Source of the DNA: a virus
DNA length: 64,000 nt
Reading direction: 5' to 3' (one strand)
Virus record (IMG/VR): IMGVR_UViG_3300007516_000001
Position 1 is the stretch's first letter. Every line of letters begins with the position of its first letter. Under the pieces are notes generated by a model that was not told the origin of the DNA, did not search any database, and saw only the letters and a program-made list of their open reading frames with translations. The position numbers and the translations under genes are program-made. Below are positions 24,076-32,882 of this stretch, piece after piece.

Positions 24076-25188
24076 ATGTTAAATCCAGAGAAAATCAATA
24101 AGGATATGCTACGCGAGTTACCCACAGTTGTTAAAAGCTGTGAAGCAATCCGTAGAAATTCCAAAAACCCAAGAGAAATTAGCCTCTCAAATTATGTAAA
24201 GGAAAAATACGCAATGGATATGCCAGCTTACCTGACAGCCCTTGGTATTGAGCCTCATATTGACACAGTTGAAAACCTCTATTCAGTTAGAGATATTGAT
24301 ACTGACTACCGATGGATTCTTCCTGAGGTAATTCGCCAAGCCCTATCTTTAGGCCTTCGTAAAGCTCCTATTTGGAATGACCTCATTGCAGGTGAAATTC
24401 CGGTATCACAAACCAGCATCACAATGCCACATTGGAATATGTCAGATGCTACACCCGAATACGTAGGTGAAGCTGAAACAATCCCATTGGGCAGTGTTTC
24501 TTTCGGGCAAAAGAAGCTCGAAATTAGAAAGATGGGTAAAGGTATTAAAATTCCTGATGAGGTACGTAACTATGTACCTATAAGCATCCTTCAAATCTTT
24601 TTACAAGATTTTGGAGTAAAGCTAAATCAAGGTATTGATAACTTGCTTATCACGGTTTTGATTAATGGAGAGCAAAATGATGGTAGTGAATCAGCCCCTA
24701 TCATCGGTGTAACTAACGTAGCAACAGGTATTACATACCCGGATATGTTACGTTTATGGATTCGCATGAGCCGCTTAGGACGTAGTGCGAACAAAATCAT
24801 CGGTGGTGAAATTGCTGCGAATAGCATCCTAAACCTAGATGAGTTCAAGAAGAGATACCAAGGTACACCTGATTCAAACCTTAATCTAAAGACTCCGGTT
24901 CCTCAGAGTTCGGACTTTTACATTCATGGAAGTATTCCAAGTGACCAGATTCTTGTGGTAGACCGCTCTTCTTCAGTATTGAAGTTTAATGCACGACCTC
25001 TATTGGTAGAAACTGAACGCATTGTTTCAAACCAAACAGAGGGTACGTACGCTACTCTTACAACAGGTTTTGGAGTAATCTACCGTGATGCAAGAGCCCT
25101 TCTTGATGGTGACGTTAACTTCGCTACTGATGGATTCCCAGCATGGATGGACGTTGATGCTGCCGAGGGAGTAGAAATCTTGGATTAA
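24076..25188 (+). CDS. major capsid protein
   Basis: 370 aa ORF in the canonical position, followed by a strong hairpin terminator. Confidence 0.65.
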   Translation: MLNPEKINKDMLRELPTVVKSCEAIRRNSKNPREISLSNYVKEKYAMDMPAYLTALGIEPHIDTVENLYSVRDIDTDYRWILPEVIRQALSLGLRKAPIWNDLIAGEIPVSQTSITMPHWNMSDATPEYVGEAETIPLGSVSFGQKKLEIRKMGKGIKIPDEVRNYVPISILQIFLQDFGVKLNQGIDNLLITVLINGEQNDGSESAPIIGVTNVATGITYPDMLRLWIRMSRLGRSANKIIGGEIAANSILNLDEFKKRYQGTPDSNLNLKTPVPQSSDFYIHGSIPSDQILVVDRSSSVLKFNARPLLVETERIVSNQTEGTYATLTTGFGVIYRDARALLDGDVNFATDGFPAWMDVDAAEGVEILD

Positions 25189-25208
25189 CAAGTGAACTGG
25201 TTGATAAC

Positions 25209-25232
25209 GATAGCCCCCTTACCGGGGCTATC
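25209..25232 (+). terminator. Hairpin terminator after the capsid gene
   Basis: Perfect 9-bp GC-rich stem gatagcccc / ggggctatc with a 6-nt loop. Confidence 0.6.
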
Positions 25233-25274
25233 CTTTGACTCTATAAGATTATAATAACCCCCAATACTACCCCC

Positions 25275-25736
25275 ATGAAAAAGAATTATTGTCTAGGCTC
25301 AAAAGCCACAATCTGTATTGTACCGAAGCATAACTTAAAAATGCTGAAGAACAAAGTTTACCTGCTTGAAAGCACAATCGAGAAGAACCTAGAGTTCAGA
25401 AGCCGATTATCAGGAGGTCAAATTCGTAGTTTAACAGAAACCGAAGCCAGAGAGCTGGTAGAAGATGGCTATGAATTAGTTGACAAGACTAAAAAGGCAG
25501 AGGCTAAAAAAGCCAAAGTCGAAAAGGGAGACCCCGAAATCGTAACCCTAAAAACAACATTAGCGGCTATGACTATTGCAGAACTTACTCTTTGGGCCGA
25601 AGAACAAGCCGAAGATATTGTTTCAGTAGAATTATATGAGGCCTTCGATGCAGCTAAAAAGAAGCAAGAAAAACTTGATGTTTTGTATGCAGCTATACCT
25701 GCTGAATTACTGAATGCTGAAATAACAGTTGTGTAA
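25275..25736 (+). CDS. hypothetical head-module protein
   Basis: 153 aa ORF. An alternative start is the ATG at 25338. Confidence 0.55.
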   Translation: MKKNYCLGSKATICIVPKHNLKMLKNKVYLLESTIEKNLEFRSRLSGGQIRSLTETEARELVEDGYELVDKTKKAEAKKAKVEKGDPEIVTLKTTLAAMTIAELTLWAEEQAEDIVSVELYEAFDAAKKKQEKLDVLYAAIPAELLNAEITVV

Positions 25737-26512
25737 TGGGCTTGAGTATAGAAATTACTCCCAATCCAAATAATCCCCTCGAAATAGCCTTTCGGGGGGT
25801 TTCGGGTGTTGGAGAAGTCGTAACTGCTTGGGCTTGGAACTTTGGAGATTCTACTAACTCAAACCTACAAAATCCAACCCATGCGTATGTAGCATCGGGT
25901 ATTTACTTGGTAGTACTGAATGCCTTAACAGATGCAGGGGTTATAAATTTACAAAGGTGGTTTACGTTTCAGATTACTCCGGAATTTAATGTACCCATAA
26001 TGACCCTTTTACAAAGCCAGATACCTGAGGAGTTATTAAGATTGTTCCAACCGAACCTGATAATTTCGATGCAGAAATGGCAAATGTATTTACAACCACA
26101 AGTCTACCCCATCCTTTTGGCTGAAAATACCTTCTACGAATCAGCCTGGCCAATACTTTGGAATCATCTTATATCGAATCTAATAAGATACGACCTACTG
26201 ATGGATGAATCTATTGCCCTAGCATTAAGAACGCTTCAAAGTTCATCAACAACAGTTACGGGAGCAACAATAGAAGCTACGGGTTCTATTAAAAGGGTTG
26301 AAACAGGACCCGCACAGGTAGAATTTTATGAGGATAAGAAATCAGACCCGGGTGCAGTAGGAGACTTTGCAAGGGCTGTCTATGAAACTGGAAGAGGCAT
26401 GATTGAACAATATAAGAATCAATGTTGTATAATGGCCCACAGATTAGATGCTACTTTACCTTTTTGCCCTCCTAAGAAAGTAAACTTCCTATTCAGAAAA
26501 ACCAGTTGCTAA
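25736..26512 (+). CDS. PKD (Ig-like) domain-containing structural protein
   Basis: N-terminal WAWNFGDSTNSNLQNPTHAYVASGIYLVVLNALTDAG fits the PKD signature WxFGDG...HxYxxxGxYxVxL. Confidence 0.55.
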   Translation: MGLSIEITPNPNNPLEIAFRGVSGVGEVVTAWAWNFGDSTNSNLQNPTHAYVASGIYLVVLNALTDAGVINLQRWFTFQITPEFNVPIMTLLQSQIPEELLRLFQPNLIISMQKWQMYLQPQVYPILLAENTFYESAWPILWNHLISNLIRYDLLMDESIALALRTLQSSSTTVTGATIEATGSIKRVETGPAQVEFYEDKKSDPGAVGDFARAVYETGRGMIEQYKNQCCIMAHRLDATLPFCPPKKVNFLFRKTSC

Positions 26513-27121
26513 ATGGCATCACTACTAACCCCCCAACATATTGAACGTGTAAGAGCCCTAATACAGGACTCTATGACCGACACTATCTACCAAGATGAGA
26601 TAATATGGAGAACACGCGAAGGGGTAGATAGATGGAAGGAAGACCACTTACCTCTTGCTAAAGTGGATAAAACCCTAAAAGGACTTTATTCATATAATTA
26701 CTTCAGGCAATGGCAAATCAACGTAGATACTATTTCAGGTACTCTTGATAAAGTAACTGAGGCCATCCTATTTAGTAGAAAGTACCTTGCAGAACAGGGC
26801 TTAATACGAGAAGATGGTTCGGTTATATTCGATGCTGGAGAGGATGAATTCTATGTAAGGGGTAGATGGTATAAGATTGTGGGGGATAGTGACATATCTC
26901 AATTACCCAATGTACCTTTACTTTACATGATTGTATTACAACGCCAGGAACAACAATCAGGAAAACCCTTTAAGTCTGTACCTGCAGGTTTAATTACCCG
27001 AAACATAGTTTCACAATTATGGCCCTTAGATACACTTCTTCCAAGTAGGAAAACACACCAAACCAATCTAACTACTAATCTAATTACCCAAAACTCTGTA
27101 TCAAATGAAGTCAGCGAATAA
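26513..27121 (+). CDS. hypothetical head-tail connector region protein
   Basis: 202 aa ORF. The call rests on position only. Confidence 0.5.
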   Translation: MASLLTPQHIERVRALIQDSMTDTIYQDEIIWRTREGVDRWKEDHLPLAKVDKTLKGLYSYNYFRQWQINVDTISGTLDKVTEAILFSRKYLAEQGLIREDGSVIFDAGEDEFYVRGRWYKIVGDSDISQLPNVPLLYMIVLQRQEQQSGKPFKSVPAGLITRNIVSQLWPLDTLLPSRKTHQTNLTTNLITQNSVSNEVSE

Positions 27122-27542
27122 TGTCATAGGTCGTGTATACATGAAGATAACCCATAAAGATGGGAGCTCTACAAGCAAGATTCTTAAGAATACTTGTACC
27201 AATCTTTTAAAGGTGGCTATGGCTACAGCACTTAGTCAAGGCACAATTTTACCCATTACTAAATTAGGAATCGGAAAAGGTCTTTCAGTTACAACCGTAG
27301 AAATGACGGCCATGGAAGATTTTTTAGGAGAGGTAACGATAGGCACCACAGAACTTATAGGTACAGGTATGAGCTTCAAATTTGCCGAGTTAGGTTATGA
27401 TGCTCTAGTAGGAGAAACACTTTCGGAACTGGGTCTTCTGAATGAATCCGATGAATTAATGGCTAGAGTAATTGATATGAACCCCATAATCAAAACAAAT
27501 ACCATCAGAATAGAATATAACTGGGTTGTAAACATAATCTGA
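27105..27542 (+). CDS. hypothetical structural protein
   Basis: 145 aa ORF with an overlapping start. Confidence 0.5.
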   Translation: MKSANNVIGRVYMKITHKDGSSTSKILKNTCTNLLKVAMATALSQGTILPITKLGIGKGLSVTTVEMTAMEDFLGEVTIGTTELIGTGMSFKFAELGYDALVGETLSELGLLNESDELMARVIDMNPIIKTNTIRIEYNWVVNII

Positions 27543-28057
27543 TGGTAGCCAACGTTGGTAGACTTAATAAACACTTAGCAGGCTCCGGGCAGGATAAAGT
27601 TCTTCAAATTAAACCCTACGGAGATTGGACTAAGGTATTAAGAAACATTGAGGATTTACCCAAAGACGTATTAACGGGGTATATAAGAGCCCAAGAAACA
27701 GCTCTGAATAGACTGGTTAAAATTGTTAAGGGCCACATATATTCCCAAGACTTACCCGGATTTTCCAAAAAGAAGAAAAGAGTAGGTAGGCATCTTATAG
27801 ATACCTCTTCCTATGTTACCTCCATCAAAACTTGGAGAGAGAACTTTACTTATTATGCCGGAGTAAAGAGTGGTGTAAATGAACCCAAGAGCAAAATTCA
27901 AATAACTAAGTTAGCCCACATGCTCGAGTTTGGAACAAAGAAGATGCAAGCTATGCCCGTATGGGGTCCTTCATGGAAAGAATTTGGGGGTATAAAAGAA
28001 CTAGAAAGAATTGTCACCGAGGCAATTTATAACCGTTTTAGAACAAGAGGATGGTAG
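27542..28057 (+). CDS. putative head-tail joining protein (HK97 gp10-like)
   Basis: AHMLEFGTKKMQAMPVWGPS resembles the gp10-family EFGT....A.PF motif. Confidence 0.45.
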   Translation: MVANVGRLNKHLAGSGQDKVLQIKPYGDWTKVLRNIEDLPKDVLTGYIRAQETALNRLVKIVKGHIYSQDLPGFSKKKKRVGRHLIDTSSYVTSIKTWRENFTYYAGVKSGVNEPKSKIQITKLAHMLEFGTKKMQAMPVWGPSWKEFGGIKELERIVTEAIYNRFRTRGW

Positions 28058-28746
28058 AGTTAATACAAGTAGAAGAGAGAATACAGCGAAGTATCTATGA
28101 AGCTATCCGAGTAGAATTAGTTGCTCGTGGGTATTTACCGGATATCTCAGATAACTTACTTTATCCGAATACAAAAGCAGGGCAAGAGGCATTCCAACAA
28201 GCAATGTCTGATATTACCGATGCAAGGGGATTTTGCGTAGAGCTTTTCAGTACAGGAGCTCTCAAAGCACGAGGCCTTAAGAAAGTACCAAGAATTGTGA
28301 TTCAAAAAGGAAGACTCCTACCCGGTGATATAGGTAGTTCGGTTGGTAACTCTTATCAACCTGATGGAGCAGGGGGTTTTATAAAAGTAGAACTACCACC
28401 TCATTCTACTAATATGTTTCTATCTATACACTTGGTATCAAATGAAGAGGGCCAGGATAGAGTAATGAATAACGTTATTGGTAACGCTATATCAGTAAGG
28501 AGATACTTGCCCCTACTAGATGCAGTAGAATTCACAGACCGATTCCTTATTCTGCAAGTGGGTTACAATGAGAATAATGACATGGATGAGGGTATCATGG
28601 AGAGAATATATGAGTTTTCTGTACCTGACCTATATATCACCGAGAAAAAAGAAGTGGGCATTATATCAGCTATTACAGAGATAACCCTAGAACAATCCAA
28701 CATACCCAACACAGATTCAATCCAAAGCACAACCCCAAACCCTTAA
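28051..28746 (+). CDS. hypothetical neck/tail completion protein
   Basis: 231 aa ORF upstream of the sheath gene. The call rests on position only. Confidence 0.4.
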   Translation: MVELIQVEERIQRSIYEAIRVELVARGYLPDISDNLLYPNTKAGQEAFQQAMSDITDARGFCVELFSTGALKARGLKKVPRIVIQKGRLLPGDIGSSVGNSYQPDGAGGFIKVELPPHSTNMFLSIHLVSNEEGQDRVMNNVIGNAISVRRYLPLLDAVEFTDRFLILQVGYNENNDMDEGIMERIYEFSVPDLYITEKKEVGIISAITEITLEQSNIPNTDSIQSTTPNP

Positions 28747-28782
28747 TTAATATCCATTTACTAAACTAAACCCCATAAAAGA

Positions 28783-31308
28783 ATGAACACTCCAAATTTC
28801 ACTTTTTCCGAGCAGAACAATACCCTAGGGGTATCTGCGATAGCTAAAGGAATCAGTGGTTATATCGGAAGATTCAAGAGAGGGCCCATCAATCAACCTG
28901 ACGTAGTAATCTACGGTTGGGAGCAATTTGAAAAGCTCTTTGGAGGATTTGTCCAAGACACCACTGACCCTTTATTAGTTTATCGAGCTCTTGATGCAGG
29001 AGCTAACCTACGAATCAGTAGAGTTGCCCATTACACAGATTTAACGGATGCCGATACCCTAACTGCTGACAAAGCCGCCTTAGGAACCTGCATCTTAATG
29101 ATGATAGATAGGGACACAGCCTCAGGTTCAGTCTTTAGTGCTACATTGACGGGTAATCCCGTAAGTGCTATGTACGTAGATTCCCACTTGAATTATATGA
29201 CTGCAATTGCAAATGCCTTTACTTTACCGGGTTTAACGGAAGGTAAATTATTTTATGTGGGTTCTGATTTGAGAGGTATTGCTATCTGCCAAATAAATTC
29301 TAACTTCCAATTAAACCTAGTTGCACCTATATTTGCGGGTACAGTAGATGGCCCAAATGTTGGAGCCTCAGCTTCAATTGAAGTTGTAGCACCTTTACTA
29401 GTGGGTAGTTCTTACGAGGTTAAAAACGCCACAGCCGGTTTACCCCTTATTGGACAATACACTAGCCTTTTGGGTGATGATGTGGATGACGTTATCGCGG
29501 GTTTAATTGCTAGTGACTCATCAGGAAATTATGCTCTATCTGCCGGAGTATCTCCGAACCTGATAATTACAGGCCTTGCTTCTTTGGGAGCTACAATCAA
29601 TAACAATTGGGGTTCTATATACCGATGGGCTCCTGAAGTATATGAGGTATTACCCCAAGTATTGTACACAATTGGAGTAGGAGGTTTATTTGGAGAGAAC
29701 GTATCAATGGTAGTAGATGGCTTACAAATTGGACAATTTACGATTAGTTCAACCCCTATTCAAACTTCAATTCTCCTAGGGCTAAATGCTGGAAATGAGG
29801 GCTTCTTCTCACAATATGCAGGCCAAGGGATAATTAAGATAATTGCACCAGAAGGTTCAGGCACACAATACAATAATCTAATCGTAGAGTTTGTAACTAC
29901 AGGTGTATTTGCGATGGCTAATCCCCTTGAGGAGTTTACGGGAGGTGTAGACTTTCAAATGGGTAATTCCAATACAGCTTCGGGTCCTTTTTTAGGGGGC
30001 GTTAATGGAGGTGTTGGAAATCCTGTTGTAACTCAATCTACCAGTATAGGTATAGCCGATGCTCTGGGAAGAACCCTATTTAACTTAGTACCTAAGTATG
30101 CGGGGGCTGATTACAACAACCTGAAAATAAGAATAACGGATGCAAATAACAACAACCCGAACTTTTTTAACCTATTTATTGACCACATTACGGACCCAAG
30201 CCTGAGTGAGCAATATCTTAATTTAACTATTTCGGGCTTTCCAAATATTAGCGATTCTAATTTTCTATCGGGTATTGTGAATTATTCTCAGATAGTTGAT
30301 GTGGAGTATTTGGACTTATCGGTATTAATTGACCAAATTACCTACCCGATATTACGGCCTTTACGCATTACAGCCTTTATGATGGGTGGTGATGATGGAG
30401 ACGCCCTAACTGTAAATGATTATATCGGAAACACTAACTCACAATCAGGCTTCCATACTTTCAATGCGTACTCTGATATGATGCAGTTCTGTGCTGGAGA
30501 GCAACAATCAATTGAACTACATGAAGCCGGAGCTGAGTATGCGCAACAAATGAAGTCAATAGTTTACCTGGGTCATATTGATTCCGGTTTAACCTTTATT
30601 CAAATGATTGCTCTTATGGAGGCTTCATCCATTGATACATCGTATGCGGCCTTCTATACAGGCTCTCTAAAAGTGAAACACCCATCAACGGGGGCTACAT
30701 TAGTAATATCTGAAATAGGGGATATTCTAGGAGCCTTTGCAAGGTCTGATGCAGAATTTGGAGAATGGGCAGCAGTATATAATGAAACGCGAGGATTGAT
30801 TAGCAAAACAATCGGAGTATTCCAAAACTTCGGAGGCCCCGGAAATTATGAGAAGTTAAATGCCTTAGCCAATAACCGAATCAATGCCGTTATTACGGAA
30901 AACGGAAAAACAATGATTTGGGGTAATGCCACTGCCGAGAGAACAACCTCTGTAACCAACTTCCTAAATATTCGCAGGCTGGGTTTATTGATTAAAAAAG
31001 AACTAAGCCCCGTAATGAAAAGCTACCTCTCAGAACCCAATGATGTTCCAACATGGATGGCTATCTACGTAAGAGTAAAACCTTACCTTGATGGACTAGT
31101 TCAAAAAAGAGCTCTTTATGAATACAACTGGCAAGGTGACCAATTTGCTGCCAGCCTGAACAATCTAACTGTTAATGACCCGATTCAAGTTCAATTGGGT
31201 AAGTACAAAGCCAAGTTATCTTGCTCACCAATTCCGGGCATGAATGACTTTAGTTTAATCCTAAGCTACGATTTTGTAGAAGGTACTTTTGATGTTGAAA
31301 CCTCTTAA
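28783..31308 (+). CDS. tail sheath protein
   Basis: 841 aa ORF directly upstream of the tube gene. The C-terminal NRINAVITENGKTMIWGNATAERT...FLNIRRLGLLIKKEL matches the conserved sheath C-terminal pattern. Confidence 0.75.
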   Translation: MNTPNFTFSEQNNTLGVSAIAKGISGYIGRFKRGPINQPDVVIYGWEQFEKLFGGFVQDTTDPLLVYRALDAGANLRISRVAHYTDLTDADTLTADKAALGTCILMMIDRDTASGSVFSATLTGNPVSAMYVDSHLNYMTAIANAFTLPGLTEGKLFYVGSDLRGIAICQINSNFQLNLVAPIFAGTVDGPNVGASASIEVVAPLLVGSSYEVKNATAGLPLIGQYTSLLGDDVDDVIAGLIASDSSGNYALSAGVSPNLIITGLASLGATINNNWGSIYRWAPEVYEVLPQVLYTIGVGGLFGENVSMVVDGLQIGQFTISSTPIQTSILLGLNAGNEGFFSQYAGQGIIKIIAPEGSGTQYNNLIVEFVTTGVFAMANPLEEFTGGVDFQMGNSNTASGPFLGGVNGGVGNPVVTQSTSIGIADALGRTLFNLVPKYAGADYNNLKIRITDANNNNPNFFNLFIDHITDPSLSEQYLNLTISGFPNISDSNFLSGIVNYSQIVDVEYLDLSVLIDQITYPILRPLRITAFMMGGDDGDALTVNDYIGNTNSQSGFHTFNAYSDMMQFCAGEQQSIELHEAGAEYAQQMKSIVYLGHIDSGLTFIQMIALMEASSIDTSYAAFYTGSLKVKHPSTGATLVISEIGDILGAFARSDAEFGEWAAVYNETRGLISKTIGVFQNFGGPGNYEKLNALANNRINAVITENGKTMIWGNATAERTTSVTNFLNIRRLGLLIKKELSPVMKSYLSEPNDVPTWMAIYVRVKPYLDGLVQKRALYEYNWQGDQFAASLNNLTVNDPIQVQLGKYKAKLSCSPIPGMNDFSLILSYDFVEGTFDVETS

Positions 31309-31319
31309 ATTATAAAACT

Positions 31320-31784
31320 ATGCCTGCATATATTGAAAACCCAAGGAAGAATTTTAATTTCTCGGCTATATTCTCTGGACTTCCCTTGAACCCCTTTTTG
31401 ATTCAAGAATTTGACTTACCCTCTTTTGACATAGACGTGGTAGCTCATGGAGACACTAACCATGATATTAAAACCGGAGGTCGAATAAAATTCGATGCCG
31501 TTAAAATGAAGAAGCTGATGGTTGCCACCGGCCCTGATACCTGGCTTTACACCTGGTTAATCCTAATACAGGACGTGCTTACAGGTGGAGGTCAGTTACC
31601 TATGATATACAAGAGAAGCCTGACAGTCTTTGAATACAGCAATGATAACTCTACTCCTATCAATACCTGGTTACTTGAAGGTTGCTGGCCCAATAAGCTC
31701 GATGCAATTCAACTTCGTCGTCTAGGTTCCGAGAATACCATGGAGTCACTTGAACTACAAGTTGACAAAATCTTCAAATTATAA
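31320..31784 (+). CDS. tail tube protein
   Basis: 154 aa ORF following the sheath gene. N-terminal NFNFSAIFSGL...FDLPSFDIDV is typical of contractile-tail tube proteins. Confidence 0.65.
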   Translation: MPAYIENPRKNFNFSAIFSGLPLNPFLIQEFDLPSFDIDVVAHGDTNHDIKTGGRIKFDAVKMKKLMVATGPDTWLYTWLILIQDVLTGGGQLPMIYKRSLTVFEYSNDNSTPINTWLLEGCWPNKLDAIQLRRLGSENTMESLELQVDKIFKL

Positions 31785-31803
31785 CCCGAGTAAACCCAAA
31801 AGT

Positions 31804-31829
31804 AAAACCCTCCCTAAAAAGGGGGTTTT
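31804..31829 (+). terminator. Putative terminator after the tube gene
   Basis: 9-bp stem aaaaccctc/gggggtttt with one G-U pair and an 8-nt loop. Confidence 0.55.
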
Positions 31830-31881
31830 CTTGTATTGTGACTTCTGTAAATCGTATTCTCTATCAATAAGACAGAGATAA

Positions 31882-32724
31882 ATGCTAGAAGCACGATTAA
31901 AAGAACCCTGCTATAAGAATCTAAACACTATTAATATGAATGCAAAGATGGAAGTAATAGACATGAATACAACCACCTTCACCACACCCTCTCTATTCAA
32001 AGTAACGATAAGAGAAACCAACGGAGAAGATGAGGCTAATTTATCAAGGGTAAGAGATTCCCGAGATATTACACGACTTGCAAGATTCCTGGCCAGTCTG
32101 ATAACTGAATATTATAACCCCCACACTGGAGAAACAACAAAAAATCCGGGTTATGAAGAAATTATGGCCTGGAGATTAGCCGACAAGTATTACACGATAT
32201 ATAAAAGTCGTATGTTCTCCTTGGGTGAAGACCTCCTTTTCACATATACATTTCCCAAGGCTAAGAAGTCAACTAATCTTACTCAGGACTTAAAGGAGTT
32301 TGATAGAGATTTATCAGAACCAGGATTAACACAGGTAGAGAACATGGCCAGTCCGGTATTATTCCCCGGGGATTTTAAAAGAAGCCTTACCCTAAAAAGC
32401 GGTAAAATTCTTAGGTACACTTTCTTGAATAGTTCTGGTGAGAAAAATACCTTCGAGAAAGATATTAATGAGGTATCGAGAGCAACAGAAGAATTAATGT
32501 GTCGGTTTTTAGAGTATTACCACGAACCAGAATCCAAGTGGTATACAGTGGAGAACTTTAGAATGTTCTCATCTAGGGATATGACCGAGATTAGGAGCGA
32601 TATCAAAACCAATGATATTAACTTTCAACCCGAGGTAATGATAATGAACTCTGATGGAACTTTAGCGGATTCAGTCAATATGCTATTAGTGCCCGATTTT
32701 TTCTACCCCGAGGAAACATTGTAA
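31882..32724 (+). CDS. tail assembly chaperone (G-like, unshifted product)
   Basis: Lies between the tube and tape-measure genes. The start is uncertain (ATGs at 31882, 31936, 31948 and 31963). Confidence 0.6.
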   Translation: MLEARLKEPCYKNLNTINMNAKMEVIDMNTTTFTTPSLFKVTIRETNGEDEANLSRVRDSRDITRLARFLASLITEYYNPHTGETTKNPGYEEIMAWRLADKYYTIYKSRMFSLGEDLLFTYTFPKAKKSTNLTQDLKEFDRDLSEPGLTQVENMASPVLFPGDFKRSLTLKSGKILRYTFLNSSGEKNTFEKDINEVSRATEELMCRFLEYYHEPESKWYTVENFRMFSSRDMTEIRSDIKTNDINFQPEVMIMNSDGTLADSVNMLLVPDFFYPEETL

Positions 32725-32882
32725 ACCAAATATGGTATCTACAAAAAGCAGGGGTAAGATTTTCAGAAAAAGAATTCTATTCAATGCCTACACGTAGATT
32801 AAGAGCTTACATAGCTCTTGAAATGGAGTACTCGGAAAAAACTAAGGACGGTAAAGAATTTTTAATCCAAGGTATTTTATGA
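31882..32882 (+). CDS. tail assembly chaperone, -1 frameshift-extended isoform (GT-like)
   Basis: Slippery heptamer T_TTT_TTC at 32697-32703 in the zero frame. The -1 frame stays open from there to TGA at 32880-32882 (about 59 codons), ending at the tape-measure ATG at 32879. Confidence 0.6.
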
